Assembly (NCBI GenBank): GCA_964035545.1
Contig: OZ037768.1
Coordinates: 12,719,675 to 12,783,674, forward strand
Reading direction: 5' to 3'
Source: Bugula neritina
Taxonomy: Eukaryota; Animalia; Bryozoa
Length of the DNA stretch: 64,000 nucleotides
Shown: one piece after another, positions 45,113 through 60,800 of the stretch
How the letters are laid out: the number at the start of each line of letters is the position of its first letter
Position numbering within the stretch: position 1 is the first letter of the stretch
Position numbers and translations under genes: made by a program
Notes under the pieces: model-generated
The model's database searches: none
The model's input: the letters and a program-made list of their open reading frames with translations, nothing else
Told to the model about the DNA's origin: nothing

Positions 45113-47148
45113 CAGGGTTGGGGTAATTGTAATTGGTTGTAATAAATTACATTTTTTCAAGTAATTGAATGTAATTTGTAATTAATAATTGTAATTAATT
45201 ACATTGCTAATGTAATTGATTTTTACAATTACTTTATAATTACATATCAATTACTTCAAACTTAAAAAATGTCCTACTTATTCTACCATGCCTACTGTTG
45301 AATAACAAGTTCAGATTAGGTCTAGGTCAGTGGTTCCCAATCTGGGGGGAATTCTCCCTAGGGGGGAATTTGGACATTTTAGGGAGGATTTGGATTTTAA
45401 AAAATTCACGCACTTTGTTGAAGGCTTTTTGAGCTCTTGCACATTACATAAGTATATATGCATATCTATAAATCTTTTTTTAGTTCATCTATTTAACCAA
45501 ACCATATTCTGCAATCTTAGTTTACTTCTACATTAATGTGTTTATTAGTTACCCTACCCTAACTGTTCTCTTCGCTATTTCCGATGGAGGTCAAAAAATT
45601 TGCAAAAACCAACAGGCCAACTTTTAGCAGCTATGCAAGTCAATTTCTATAAATTGTATGTACTACATACTTAGTGAATATAATATTTTCTACACTAAAT
45701 AATCTGAACCTAAAAATGCAGGAAACCTGTTCTAATTTGAGGCAAAAATGGCACAGGTAAAAATCGCACACTGATGTTAAATTTTTCCAAACCCAAAAAC
45801 CCAAACCTCCAAACTCCTTATTCTGAATGCCTAACCCCCAATTCAAATCTCCAATGCTAAAGTTGAAAATGTGCCATTTTTATTTAATTTTTCCATTTGT
45901 GCCAATAATGCTACTTTTACATGTGCCATTTTACCAGACACCGCCTGTTCTCTCTACTCTCATCTCTGAACTGTTAATGAAGTTTTAACAATATTTCTCT
46001 AAGCTACCTCCCAAAAAGAAAGAGCTAGATTCTCAACTTGAAATGTGACTCATTGCAACGCTTTGTTGAAAAGTTTTTAGAGAAATCATAGGAGGATTTC
46101 ATTGAGTTGGTTCACAATTTAGCAATGAAGGATGATTTGAAGCTATCTCCAATTGATGGATTGTGGGTGGTGTCCAGTAGAAATGGTATAGGTAATAATG
46201 GCACAAATGGAAAAGTAGGTAAAAATGGCACATGTTTTCAATGTTGGGGTGGGGGTTTGGAGTTTAAAAAAAGGGTTTGAGGTAAAAATTTTAGGTTTCA
46301 ACTTGAGGTTCTGGAGTTTGAGGGTGGGGGTTTGAGTTAGAGGGTAGGGGGTTTGGGTTCAAAGATTGGGGGTTTTAGTTTAGAAAAATTTCACATCAGT
46401 GTGCCACTTTTACATGTGCCAGTTTGACCTAAAGTATTTCTGGGTTTCAACAAGCAAACTCTTCCCACACATAGCTGACAAATCAAAGTTTTGGTGCCAT
46501 CTAGCACCACCTATCTGTGTGAGGTAAGATTCTCATCGATTCAAAGAGAAAAGAAACTGCCTTAACCCGCAAAGTGACTAAAGATGGGCCTGGTCATAAA
46601 CAGAGTCGGACTTAACCAAGATGGCACAAAAGCATCAACTGAAGCCATAACATTAATAATTGGACTGCTCTGTGTTTTATAACACAAAAATAATGATAAT
46701 ATTACTATTAAGATAATTATATTATATGCAAATATAATAGAACAAAATATATTGCATTGTATCATATATTCTCATTCAGTAAGTCATAAAATCTTTTCGC
46801 TCTTTGAATGGAGGGGGGGGGATTAATAGTCAACATTTATGAAAGAGGGGGATAGTCTGAAAAAGGTTGGGAATCACTGGTCTAGGTAGTATAGTATCAC
46901 TGTTGAGAACAAAGGAGGTTCACTCCTGTCAAAATTGCCCCTGGTATTTGGACACTATAAGTGAGCTTGCAGAACTTCTATTTATTGCTTGTAAGAACAA
47001 AAGTAATTGTAATTAATTACATTGTCAAGTAATTGTAATTGTAATTAATTTCATTACTTTTTATCTGTAATTATAATTGTAATTGTAATTGACAAATTTT
47101 GATGTAATTGTAATTAATTACATTCACATGTAATTGACCCCAACCCTG
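45113..47148. mobile_element. hAT-type MITE with nested Charlie-like element (45328-46879), unit 2 copy
   Basis: Same TIRs and TSDs (GTACATAA, GTCTAGGT) as 16157-18196. Confidence 0.9.
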
Positions 47149-47743
47149 GTACATAACCAACCAGTGTTATTAGGTCAAAAGAACTGCCCAATCAGCTGTC
47201 TTCACACTTGTCACTTTGTAAACAAAATAACTAAATGCGTTTGCTGCAAAAACTACTTCCTTTCCCACATCAACCTGATTTCTTGTGATGAAAAATAAAA
47301 GAAGTGAGGAGGCAACTTCAGGATGATAATTACTAGTTTCTTATGAGATATCATAACCAGTAACATAAACCAAGGCTTGGGGAATAAACTGAAAGATAAG
47401 AAAAGAGTTTGACAGGATAAACATACCTGACAAAAAGGTTAAGTTGAATTGGACAATAATGGAAGCAGAGAAAAGCTGAACTAGTTCTTGTGCCTGATGT
47501 CACAGTAATTGAATTGACAAACATTATTGGTCAAAACAGTGTTATCCTATGCTATCACTTTGATAGGTTTTTCAACATTTCCACATATTCTTGCTTTGGC
47601 ACGTGTTTGAATTTTGGGAATCGGAAAGTTCTGAAGTTGTCCCTACTTGATATAATATAACGGACAAGTCTGAAGCATTGACTGCATCAGCTTACAAAAT
47701 GTCATAGGAGGGACATAACTCCTACTATATACATAATACCTGT

Positions 47744-48461
47744 TCAGTTGAGTTGGTAGAATAGAACTTTTTTCTCATCAGATCTGGGTACAATCAACAT
47801 GTCTTTATACACATGGAGATCAAATGATCTAATATCACTCTTAACAGTTGCCTCTTCTAGCATAGACATCTGTCTACCTACATTATAACCGGTTTACTAT
47901 AGCCTAAATATAATATATATCCAGAAATTGAAAGAAAACATACACGCGCCTACATATTGTTTTAATATAATTTAGTTGAATGCTAACCACACTATATTCC
48001 AGAGTTGGAGTAGTTGCAATTTGTAAATGTAATTGATAGTAATTAATCACATTTTTTCAAATAATTGAATGTAATTAGTAATTGATGTGTAAAAACGTAT
48101 ATGTAACAACAATATCAGGAAACTCAAGCAAAAGATTTGGCCCTACATTCTCCTCCATTTGCCCATAAAAGCATTTCACAATAAAGTGAATTTATAGCAA
48201 TTGTGACCATCACGTGGAAAAGCTGAGAAACCACAAAATAAACAGTCATCAAATGATTCAACAAAGAGTTATGGGAAGGAATTACCTCATCATGTTTTCT
48301 AAAAAATAGTTTACTGCACACAGTGCAGTAGGTCACTGCTGGCACTTTCTCTATCCTTTTCTTTGTGCAGATGGCACATATCACAGAGTTGTCCTCTACA
48401 TCAGCAGAAGTCAGGCTTTCTACACTAACGTCAAATACTTCCCCAAAGAACAACACATAGG
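47744..48461 (-). pseudogene. B-box/TRIM-like gene remnant, copy 2 (48461-48286; 47877-47744)
   Basis: Homologous to 18790-19511. Confidence 0.6.
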
Positions 48462-48839
48462 CTGAATAAAACTTCTGAAATGATCATTCTGGATACATTA
48501 CAATAGAGTGGCACTGGATACTTTTTATAATTGTTAGAAATATAAATGTTGCTTAAATTTATTTAGCATGGATTCTATTTGTTTTATAATGACTATGCAA
48601 TGTTTTGTTCCTGGCTAAAATATATAATCTATTGTAAATGTGTTTCCAGCTGTCAATGTGCAGCACATGCTACCCAAGAATCACTATGCAAAAGTGTGAG
48701 TTCGTTTTAGATTACACATTTACCAGATTGCTAATTATATTTTTAAATAATAAAGAAAATCACAATTTTCGAAAAATAAATTGCTTACAAATAAATGGTA
48801 GAATTAAATTTAAAGCTTAGATGGTTAGTAGTAATTATA

Positions 48840-49201
48840 ATATTAATACTAATAGCAATACCATTACTATTATTACTAGTAGTATTACTATTACTATTAG
48901 TATTAGTTTATTACTAATATTAGTAGTAGTAGTAGTAGTAGTAGTAGTACTAGTAGTAGTAGTACTAGTAGTAGTAGTACTAGTAGTAGCAGCAACACTA
49001 ACAGTAACAGTAAGTGTAACACCAACAGCGGCACTAGTATTCTAACAGTACTATTAGCGCTACTACTTGTACTTGTAGTAGTAGTCATACTATTATATTA
49101 GTATTACTATTACTATTAGTATTACTATTAGTATTAGCAGTAACAGTAGTAGCAGTAGACGTAGTAGTATTAGTAATAGCAGTAACAGCAGCAGTACTGC
49201 A

Positions 49202-49232
<31 letters not shown>

Positions 49233-49275
49233 GTAATAATAGTACTAGTACTAGTATTAGTATTAGTAGTAGTAT

Positions 49276-49311
<36 letters not shown>

Positions 49312-49340
49312 CAGTAGTACTACCGTACCAGTACTACTAA
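48840..49340. repeat. (AGT/ACT)n low-complexity tract, expanded relative to unit 1
   Basis: Long agtagt/actact runs. Confidence 0.9.
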
Positions 49341-50230
49341 TAGAACCGAGGGTGAAACTGAGAGTAGACTGTAGAGACTAGAGTGTAACTGTAGAGTTGG
49401 AGTACCCTTAGACGACGACATAGTTTTAGTCTAGTAAAAGGCTAATTACTAAGTAGTAACTTACCAGTTATACATACTTATAGAGATAGCAATTACATTT
49501 ACTGTATCGATATAACTACGCAAGGGTTGCAGAATTGCTAACAGTCACTATAAATTATTTAAAATTCAGTTTCAGTTTGACTTGGAAGCAAAAATTAACG
49601 TTTATGTTTGCACGTGCTGGAAAGCTCTTTGCGTTTGTTAAGGGAGGACAACTCTGGCTACTTTAGAATTACATAAATTATTTCTCATAGCTACATAAGT
49701 TACATCAATTGGATAAGTTTGAGCATGATTATTAAATTTTTAAAATATTCTATCTTAGGTTAAGTTTTGTGGTATTTTGTTTTAAATTCTAGATGTGTCT
49801 GCTGAGTTATGTTGGCTTTTTCTGTATGTAAATGCTTATACAAAGACTTAATATACCAAGCAACTGTGACAAGACATGACAATGACTCCAGCCAATCATC
49901 GCTATGAGAAATAATTATGTAATTTTAAAACAATCGGAGTTATCCTCCCTCAGCAAACGCAACAACGCCTTCCAGCATGTGCAAACATAAAAGTAAGTTT
50001 TTGCTTGCGCATTTAGCAGACGCTAGTTAAGACATTCCAGCGTAGAAATACGCAAACAATGTAAATTTCAAAACAAAATCACTCAACCGTACACCACAAC
50101 GACCTGATAAGCGTAGCTTGCATTACGTGACACAAATTTATAGTCCATAAAATGAATATATTATAAGTTTATTATATCCGAAATAGTATCAATACAAAAA
50201 ATATATGTATATATATATATATATATATAT

Positions 50231-50878
<648 letters not shown>

Positions 50879-50881
<3 letters not shown>

Positions 50882-52699
50882 GGATGTAGTGGTACCCATA
50901 CGGTCCCATACGCCGTATGGCCTAGAAGAAAATAGACTGTTCTAGGCCATACGCCCGTATGGGCATAATATTTTTGAAAGATGATTAGTGCACAGGATAG
51001 TTAAGGCATCCTCACTGAGAATATCATAAATTTCGCTCACAATCTAGTTTAAGTTCTTGTTATGTTAATGCTCTGTGGGTGGCATGCGTGTTGCCTACTT
51101 GTGATTGTTTAGCCTGAGATTACACTATGAATGATATTATGCAGTTATCAACATTCCATCTTCTCATCTCTACGTGTTCACTGAAGCGCGAAGTGCTGTG
51201 CATTGGTGATTTCTAAGAAAAAATCTCATTTTCGGTGTATAATTCACCAACTTGTAGAAAATCTATGAAGGCTATTGAAAAGATCAAAAAATTTGCCATG
51301 CATAAATTTCTCAGGTTTCCGATAGTGTTTGTTCTATTCGAATACCATGCTTTCCTGCTGAGATATTTGGCAGAAATTGAAAAATAAATTTTTCAGGTAA
51401 AATTGGCCAAAATGGGTAGATTTTTGTCTATAACTTGGCAAAAATATTGAAAACTCAAAAAAGCAGGTGATCTGAGGAACAGGAAGATCTAAAACATGGT
51501 TTTTAAATTTTAATTCTAGCACAATTACCTAAGTGAGGTTTTATTTGGCAGGACTGAATTCTTCTAATATACCAATAATGTGGCCTCAGCAAGGCAGTGA
51601 CAGCTAGAAGGTTGCCCTTATCTATCTTGTGTGAACTTGCATTTTGTCAATGATAAGCAATGGAATTTGGAAAAAACCAACATGAAATTCAGAAATAAAA
51701 TCAAAATGTCTTCAAGAAACAGTACCAGGTGTGTAGGGGAGGCTATTGAAAATCTATCACTGAGGTCTACAGGTACTATATCCACATTTTGGTCAAAAAC
51801 CTAGCAGTGTTATTGCATGTTAATTATCAATGCAATAAGGTTTTGCAAACTGTACACCACCATAAGTAACCTTTTATGTGTGATTGTACTAACGTCTGGC
51901 TTTACATTTAATCATCTTCTAGGTTAACACATATTAAACCTGTCAAATCTGTTCTTTTGGGGTATATTTCCTTGATGTATCTAGTGGAAGCTCAGGGGTT
52001 TTATTTTAAAACTAAGTCAACATACTCTTCTTGGGTGTTCTTTATTGTGTGTAAGGAGGTGTGGCGGTATCACCTTATGGATTAGACTAATACTCTAATA
52101 AACTCCAAATAGGTTTTCAACCAATTTCTGCTTGCCAATGAGTTATCAATTCAGATTTGCTCTTTATAAAAAACCAACACACATTTTCTGATTAGCAATC
52201 TTCCTCTGTTCTGATCTATTATTCTTTTTCTGTGCACGGCAGTGTATTAGTTATTTAAAGTAATAAGGTTGCATTTGGAGAGCACTTGTTACATGCCTCT
52301 ATCCTTCCATCTTTTTGGGATATTCAGCAATTTTTCTGTACAGGTTGGACTTAGTGTCAGAACAAACCTAACTGCAGTTGAGTAAGACTACATTACATTA
52401 CATTACATTACAGTCAACAGGTATATGAGACAAGACTGAATATTTATATAGTTTGCAGCAATGCCCAGTCGTCATGTAGCTGGTATGGTATGAAAATAAT
52501 AGCGAGGTGCACATTTCAACACAGATTTTTTTCAGAAAAATTAGAATTCACAATGGCTTTAAATTGCATAAATTTGCATCAGAAGTGCTCTGAGGGCTTT
52601 GGCGGCCGGGGCGCTGCCCCGGACCCCGCCGGGGGCCTGGGCGGCCCCCTGGACCCCCGGCCTGAGAGTATGGCCAAGAATATTTTTGCCACTACATCC

Positions 52700-52702
<3 letters not shown>
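50879..52702. mobile_element. Non-autonomous hAT element, 1824 bp, copy B (inserted in (TA)n)
   Basis: Same length and TIRs as 29972-31795; only two substitutions noticed by eye. Confidence 0.95.
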
Positions 52703-52736
<34 letters not shown>

Positions 52737-52739
<3 letters not shown>

Positions 52740-53015
52740 GAGAAAAGAGCAATTTTAATTAAATGTTGTTTTATTGTGCTACTAGTAGTTTCAGCACTCC
52801 TCAGGCACAACATTGATGGATTTAAATTTAAATTCATCAATATTGTGCCTGAGGAGTTCCGAAGAGGCATGGAACTACTAGTAGTACAATAAAACAACAT
52901 CTAATAAAAGTTGCTCTTTTTCTCAATAATATAATTGCTCATTATCATACACATAATAATTTGAGCATCTTTTTATCCGCTGTTTTTTTAAAAAAAAACT
53001 CACACTACAGCTCTT
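52737..53015 (+). mobile_element. Older palindromic PLE-type mini-element with degenerate hammerhead
   Basis: Arms 52737-52818 and 52835-52927. Consensus TATTGTGC-CTGAGGA-G..-GAAA-CT(ACT)AGTA-GCACAATA-AA; stem II or GAAA is damaged in each arm. Confidence 0.7.
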
Positions 53016-54484
53016 ATATATAAATATTATTATAGTTGTGCTGTGTTCCTTTGTGTTCTAAATATGTTTATATATATATTGCCAGTTTTTGGATATGTAC
53101 CCGTAGTGATCAGTTGTGCTTTCCAAATAAAGATATTTTAGTGAACTTCAAGTATAATACTATTACACACACATATATATATTCTCTTTGCTGTTTGCTT
53201 TTATTTGACTCGCGAGGGTTTTGACCAATTTAATTCTGAAATCTTTTAATAGCTACATGGTAATGTTACTAGTATGTTTTGCAGCAGCATAAGTTTCTCA
53301 TGTCTTTGTTTAATTTGCATGTATAGCTATAGCCTATTATAATATTTTCATGCAACAGTATATTGTGTTGTTTTGGTGATTGTAATTGTTACTTTTAGTT
53401 GCATTTAATATAGACATGCCAATGTTCATTCTAAGAAATAGTTAAGTTGTGATTTCCAGCGTGAAGAACCAGCTTTAGCTACTCCCGTACAGGAAATTGC
53501 TAATGGATGTAACTTGAAATTTTTAATCATTGCACAAACCTCGTAAATCTAAATAATTCTTACCTATTTTGTAAAATACTAAGGCTACTAGAGAAAGTGA
53601 GGGAGAGGACATTTTATTGTATAGACTATAGAGTATAGACTATTGATGCAACAATTTTAAATACAATGTTTAATAGATTGCCTATGTACTTCATTTTCAC
53701 TTTCCTTTCACGAATCAAGGAAAACGCTTCCTCAAAAAATGAGGTTTTTTAAACAGTTTAATATCTTTAACAATATTCAATACCTGTGGGAACCAGCTAG
53801 CACATTTGTTTGGCATAATATCAACAATGCTATATCACAGAGGTATTCATATTATGACATTATGAGATGGTAATGAGCTGAAACAATTAATTAGTAGTTG
53901 TATAATACATGAAAACAATAGTGACACATTCTTATTATACTAACCATGTAATTCAGCAGCTCAAAAACAACATTAGCTTTCACTTTTAAAACTAATTGAC
54001 GTTACATTCATTGAAACTTATAAAAACATAGGGGCTTAAATGTAAAATCTTTATCCTCGAATGACCATTGTTTAATTTTCCAGCTGTGTAATACTGAACA
54101 CAATAGCATGTATGGGCTATTAGGTTTAGAATTTAGATAATTAGTAGCAATCAATTAGCTGTAGCTACTCCATGTACTCAATACTTATAGTATACCGCCA
54201 TGTTTATGCTGTGCTGCAGTAACAATAAAAAGATTCCAATGCAACATCTGACTGTTACCTGATTTCGTTCCTTTATCTTACTAGTGGTTATAGCTTGTGA
54301 CTTAGAGTTGGCTTGTAGACCATCACATGACTTTAACTCATCTCAATCCTACTCACATTCTCTTATATACACAATTATGTAAAGATCTTGTAAATATTTT
54401 CAAGTCAGTTTTAAAAAAAACTCACGAAAGTTTATAGCTGCTACCCCTGTGAGAAATCCATGATAGAAAGAGTTTCTGTTAGAG

Positions 54485-54632
54485 CAGGCTAAAGGCTTAT
54501 TTAGATATGTGACACAGGAGCAATTATGACTGAATGCTCTTCCTAACATCACAATGGCCTTTGTCCAAGCTCGAACCCATGACTTCGTGCTTACTAGGCA
54601 AACACTCTAACTTCTAGATCACGGTTGCTCCC
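54485..54632 (-). mobile_element. tRNA-derived SINE, diverged copy
   Basis: Reverse complement reads gagcaaccgtgatctagaagttagag...gggttcgagc...aaaggccattgtgatgttaggaagagcat..., homologous to 21,964-22,097. Confidence 0.8.
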
Positions 54633-55394
54633 TCAAGTCAGCTGTGAAAGTTTCTCTTAAATTCTGCTATTACAAGCAGAGATATAGATTTTTGCATAGT
54701 ATAATTCAAAGTGTTTTCCTTTATAGTGAATGCAATAGTTCAAGATATATTAGATTTGTTACATTACCTGAAAGTAACCTAATTTAAAATCAACAAAAGA
54801 GTTGTAGATGTGTACTAAAGTTTTCCTAAATAAGTAGTGAGAACATTTATTTATCAAGCATCTGTAATAGCCTTCACAACTGACTAACTTTGTAACAGTG
54901 ATATTGCCAAGAAACATGAAAGTCTATTGCATTACCTACACATGTTGTAAATTGTTCTTTAACAAATTTTCTGTTCGAACAAATTTTAAAAAAAGTCATT
55001 AAAGTATTGTCTGCTTTGAGCTGATTTCATTATTGTGTAGTTTGCTTTACTCATGCAAACATGCTTAATCTATTGGCATTACCTAAGTTTCAGTTTTAAT
55101 TAATTTACAATTTAAGATGCATATTATATTGCTTAGTATATTTGTTGATTTGTGCCAACAGCAAATACTATAGACTCTAAAACCGTATTTATATCGTAAT
55201 AGATCAATTATAGTATATCTATATTAGGAATAGTGTGGGGCCCACTTTAGATCCTTGTGGTACTTCACAGATTATCTGTATGACATCAGAATATTTAAAG
55301 TATTAATTGCACTTCTATTTAATCTTTTTATCCTTTGAAATTTTTATGTTTTGGAAAAATATAATTTTCTTGTTGAAAATATGTTTATTACTTA

Positions 55395-57232
55395 ACTAAG
55401 GGTAGGTTGTGAAGAGAGTAGCTAGTAATCTCTTGAATGAGGAATCAAAGCCCATGTTTCAAAGTAGGGAGGAGCAGAATGATTTGAGCCAACATCCTAT
55501 TGACTGATACAAGTCAGATATTGGGGGACGGAGCAATGGGCCTTCAGAATTTGGACTAGTCATCTAGATATTAGGCACAACTTTCAATGAATCGCCTTTA
55601 TAGAAACTTGGTGATTGAGTTATAATAGGTGGTTTACATAAACAATATTGTAGAGCAGACTACTTGTCGTAGGAAAGGTGTATGGGTTGTGAGCTGACAT
55701 TGAAGGAAAAGCTTGCCTTTATATAGCATCTATAAATAGACCAACAAAAAGCTGTGTTTGATCTTTTGTTCGAAGCCTACAAAGCATCAATTGTGTTACT
55801 ATATCGTATGAAATTTTTTTCCTCAAGCTATACTGAAAGGAAAAAATGCTAAACATAATATTGGTACAAGTGTGAAATCTAGGAGATTGAGAATAAAAGA
55901 GGTTGTTTAACATTTTATTTGATGCTTCAGCTTGCATGAATTGAGATTCATTTTAAAAATTTATACTTCTCAAAGTTTTATCAAATTTCAACGTCAATAT
56001 GATGAGCTTGCGTTTGCTTGCATTTTATTATGTCAGTACATCCAAGTATATGTTTAGTGTCATTGACTTGCTTTTACGCAATGAACATACTCATTGATAA
56101 TAAATGAAAAAGTATTTTTCTAGTTTTGTATCTGAACTTTTAATTTCAGAGGACAAGGATTGTTGCTTTGCAATGTAGTGACATGGACTAATGGGTCGAA
56201 CCTTGATGGAGTAATTTACTGTATCAGAAAGCTTATGTGGTTAAAGTTACACCATGCCAGTGCTCTGGTAGAAGTCTTCAAATGATGCCACCTGCTTGAT
56301 CAAAGGCAGAACAAGTTTGTTTACATGAAAAGGATTGTATTAAAAAGAACTTAAGTAGAGAAGCACATAAGTTTTGGCATCATGGTGTTATTCTTGCAAA
56401 CTCTATATATGTCTTATCTCATATATTATAAGCATATAGATATAATGCTGTATTAAAATAAGAGAACCTTTTAAATTTTATATATGTTTGGACATATTTA
56501 AAAAAAGACACGAAAATATAAAAAGTGCAGTGATTATACGGGAAAGACTTTCAATTACCATTCCAATTACTAGAATGAATAGACTAAATGTAGTTCTTTG
56601 CCAACAGAGGTTGCAGTATGTGGGCTATCAAGCAATGTATATCTTGATCGATTGGAGTGATATATAATTTTCACTATATGAAAAAGCATCAACTGTCGAC
56701 ATCATAATTATTATGTGGCCAAACAACAGGTGTGTAAAAAGAAAGAAAGTGTAAGCATCAGACTACAGCCAATCAATTGAGAGGTAGGAGACTATTGATT
56801 GGGGAGAAGTAATGGAGCATACAGACATGAATACTTCATTCATTTCATAAAAATCTTTATGCGCATTCAACATTCAGTGCTATAAAACGCTGAATAGCAT
56901 TCAAAGGCCTTTAGTTAACTTGATGCAGAGGAGTAGTGAAAATTAGTATTTTATCTCTTTCGACAACAAAAGACATCAAGCTATTTGAAAGTGCATTACC
57001 AGCTAAACCAGGTAAATGGAAGATTTTAAACTATTACATATTTTTATTACTTGACAGAAGAAAAGTGTTTCAAATCATGATGTTTAATAGTGAATTGATA
57101 GAGGACATGCAGACAATACAGTGTTGTTTGAAGTCTAAAGCTTGGATAAAAAATTGGAGGTTTGACGAATCTGTTGTAACAGCCAAATTAAAAAAGAAAG
57201 ACACAAACGCTCACTTCAAAAAAGTTAATTGA
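55395..57232. mobile_element. Highly decayed non-LTR (L2/CR1-like) remnants
   Basis: Weak peptide resemblances only (TIDWGEVMEHTDMN; EDMQTIQ...AWIKNWRF; LFYSQ...RKKI..IVT) with many stops. Confidence 0.3.
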
Positions 57233-57547
57233 TCAAACTTTATTCGGGTTTCACGTGCTGCGTCAGCTTAAAAAAGTTGCATAAACCATAAAAGTTTGTA
57301 TGAGTGACAATTACACATCTTATGCAACATAGAGTAAGTGAGTAACATAATTGAAACAGAAAACTAAGCCTGTATGGAGATGCAGAGGAATCAACATAGT
57401 TAACAAATAAGTCTTACATTAACAAGGATGTGAGAAAAGTTTATATTCAGAGATCGAGAATAAGGTCAAATAAAATTCATACAGTAAGCAGGTAGAAAGC
57501 ATGAAATCTATATTTACTTTTGTAATACCAAAAGTATTTATTGCAGA

Positions 57548-57781
57548 ATGAAAGACTTTAAATTCATAACAAAGGTAATACTTCAGCTGGCTCTCACACT
57601 ATTCATCAAACAAGCAATGATTGCTGGTGAGAAAAACAGCTTTATAGTGCAAGCTGTAGAGACAACCATGACTGCGGCACCCACAACTGCGGCACCAACG
57701 ACTGCGGCACCCACGACTGCAGCACCCACGACTGCGGCACCCACGACTGCGGCACCCACGACTGCGGCACCCACAACTGAG

Positions 57782-57822
<41 letters not shown>

Positions 57823-60800
57823 TGCAGCACCAACAACTGCAGCACCCACAACTGCAGCACCCACAACATCAGCAGCCACAACTGCAGCGCCCACAACATC
57901 GGCACCCACAACTGCAGAACCCACAACAGCGGACCCCACAACAGCGGCACCCACAACAGCTACACCCACAACAGCGGCACCCACAACAGCGGACCCCACA
58001 ACAGCGGACCCCACAACAGCGGCACCCACAACAGCGGACCCCACAACAGCAGACCCCATAACAGCGGCACCCACAACAGGAGACCCCACAACAGCAGACC
58101 CCACAACAGCGGCACCCACAACAGCGGCACCCACAACTGCGGAACCCACAACAGCTGCACAAACAACTGCAGCACCCACAACTGCAGCACCCACAACATC
58201 AGCACCCACAACTGAGGCACCCACAACATCAGCAGCCACAACTGCAGAACCAACAACTGCGGCACAAACAACTGCGGCACCCACAACAGCGGCACCCACA
58301 ACAGCGGCACCCACAACAGCGGACCCCACAACAGCGGCACCCACAACAGGAGACCCCACAACAGCAGACCCCACAACAGCGGCACCCACAACAGCGGCAC
58401 CCACAACTGCGGAACCCACAACAGCTGCACCCACAACAGCCGCACCCACAACTGCGGAACCCACAACAGCCGCATCCACAACAGCCGCACCCACAACTGT
58501 GGCACCCACAACAGCGGCACCCACAACAGCGGACCCCACAACAGCGGACCCCACAACAGCGGCACCCACAACAGCGGCACCCACAACAGCAGACCTCACA
58601 ACAGCGGCACCCACAACAGCGGCACCCACAACTGCGGAACCCACAACAGCCGCACCCACAACAGCCGCACCCACAACTGTGGCACCCACAACTGCGGCAC
58701 CCACGACTGCGGCACCCACAACTGGAGCACCCACAACAGCGGACCCCACAACAGCGGCACCCACAACAGCGGACCCCACAACAGCGGCACCCACAACAGC
58801 GGCACCCACAACAGCGGACCCCACAACAGCAGACCCCACAACAGCGGCACCCACAACAGCGGCACCCATAACAGCGGACCCCACAACAGCAGACCCCACA
58901 ACAGCGGCACCCACAACAGGGGACCCCACAACAGCAGACCCCACAACAGCGGCACCCACAACAGCGGCACCCACAACTGCGGAACCCACAACAACCGCAC
59001 CCACAACAGCCGCACCCACAACAGCCGCACCCACAACAGCTACACCCACAACAGCGGCACCCACAACAGCAAACCCCACAACAGCGGCACCCACAACAGC
59101 AGCACCCACAACAGCGGACCCCACAACAGCGGACCCCACAACAGCGGCACCCACAACAGCTGTACCCACAACAGCGGACCCCACAACAGCAGACCCCACA
59201 ACAGCGGCACCCACAACAGCGGCACCCACAACAGCGGACCCTACAACAGCAGACCCCACAACAGCGGACCCCACAACAGCAGACCCCACAACAGCGGACC
59301 CCACAACAGCGGACCCCACAACAGCGGACCCCACAACAGCAGACCCCACAACAGCAGCACCCACAACAGCAGACCCCACAACAGCGGACCCCACAACAGC
59401 GGACCCCACAACAGCGGACCCCACGACAGCAGCACCCACAACAGCAGACCCCATAACAGCGGCACCCACGACTGCGGCACCCACAACTGCAGCACCCACA
59501 ACAGCGGACCCCACAACAGCGACACCCACAACAGCAGCACCCACAACAGCGGCACCCACAACAGCGGACCCCACAACAGCGGCACCCACGACTGCGGCAC
59601 CCACAACTGCAGCACCCACAACAGCGGACCCCACAACAGCAGACCCCACAACAGCGGCACCCACAACAGGGGACCCCACAACTGCAGCACCCACAACAGC
59701 GGACCCCACAACAGCAGACCCCACAACAGCGGACCCCACAACAGCGAACCCCACAACAGCAGCACCCACAACAGCGGACCCCACAACAGCAGACCCCACA
59801 ACAGCGGCACCCACAACAGCAAACCCCACAACAGCGGCACCCACAACAGCAGCACCCACAACAGCGGACCCCACAACAGCGGACCCCACAACAGCGGCAC
59901 CCACAACAGCTGTACCCACAACAGCGGACCCCACAACAGCAGACCCCACAACAGCGGCACCCACAACAGCGGCACCCACAACAGCGGACCCTACAACAGC
60001 AGACCCCACAACAGCGGACCCCACAACAGCAGACCCCACAACAGCGGACCCCACAACAGCGGACCCCACAACAGCGGACCCCACAACAGCAGACCCCACA
60101 ACAGCAGCACCCACAACAGCAGACCCCACAACAGCGGACCCCACAACAGCGGACCCCACAACAGCGGACCCCACGACAGCAGCACCCACAACAGCAGACC
60201 CCATAACAGCGGCACCCACGACTGCGGCACCCACAACTGCAGCACCCACAACAGCGGACCCCACAACAGCGACACCCACAACAGCAGCACCCACAACAGC
60301 GGCACCCACAACAGCGGACCCCACAACAGCGGCACCCACGACTGCGGCACCCACAACTGCAGCACCCACAACAGCGGACCCCACAACAGCAGACCCCACA
60401 ACAGCGGCACCCACAACAGGGGACCCCACAACTGCAGCACCCACAACAGCGGACCCCACAACAGCAGACCCCACAACAGCGGACCCCACAACAGCGAACC
60501 CCACAACAGCAGCACCCACAACAGCGGACCCCACAACAGCAGACCCCACAACAGCGGCACCCACAACAGGGGACCCCACAACAGCAGACCCCACAACAGC
60601 GGCACCCACAACAGCGGACCCCACAACAGCAGACCCCACAACAGCGGCACCCACAACAGGGGACCCCACAACAGCAGACCCCACAACAGCGGCACCCACA
60701 ACAGCGGCACCCACAACTGCGGAACCCACAACAGCCGCACCCACAACAGCCGCACCCACAACTGTTGCACCCACAACTGCGGAACCCACAACTGCGGAAC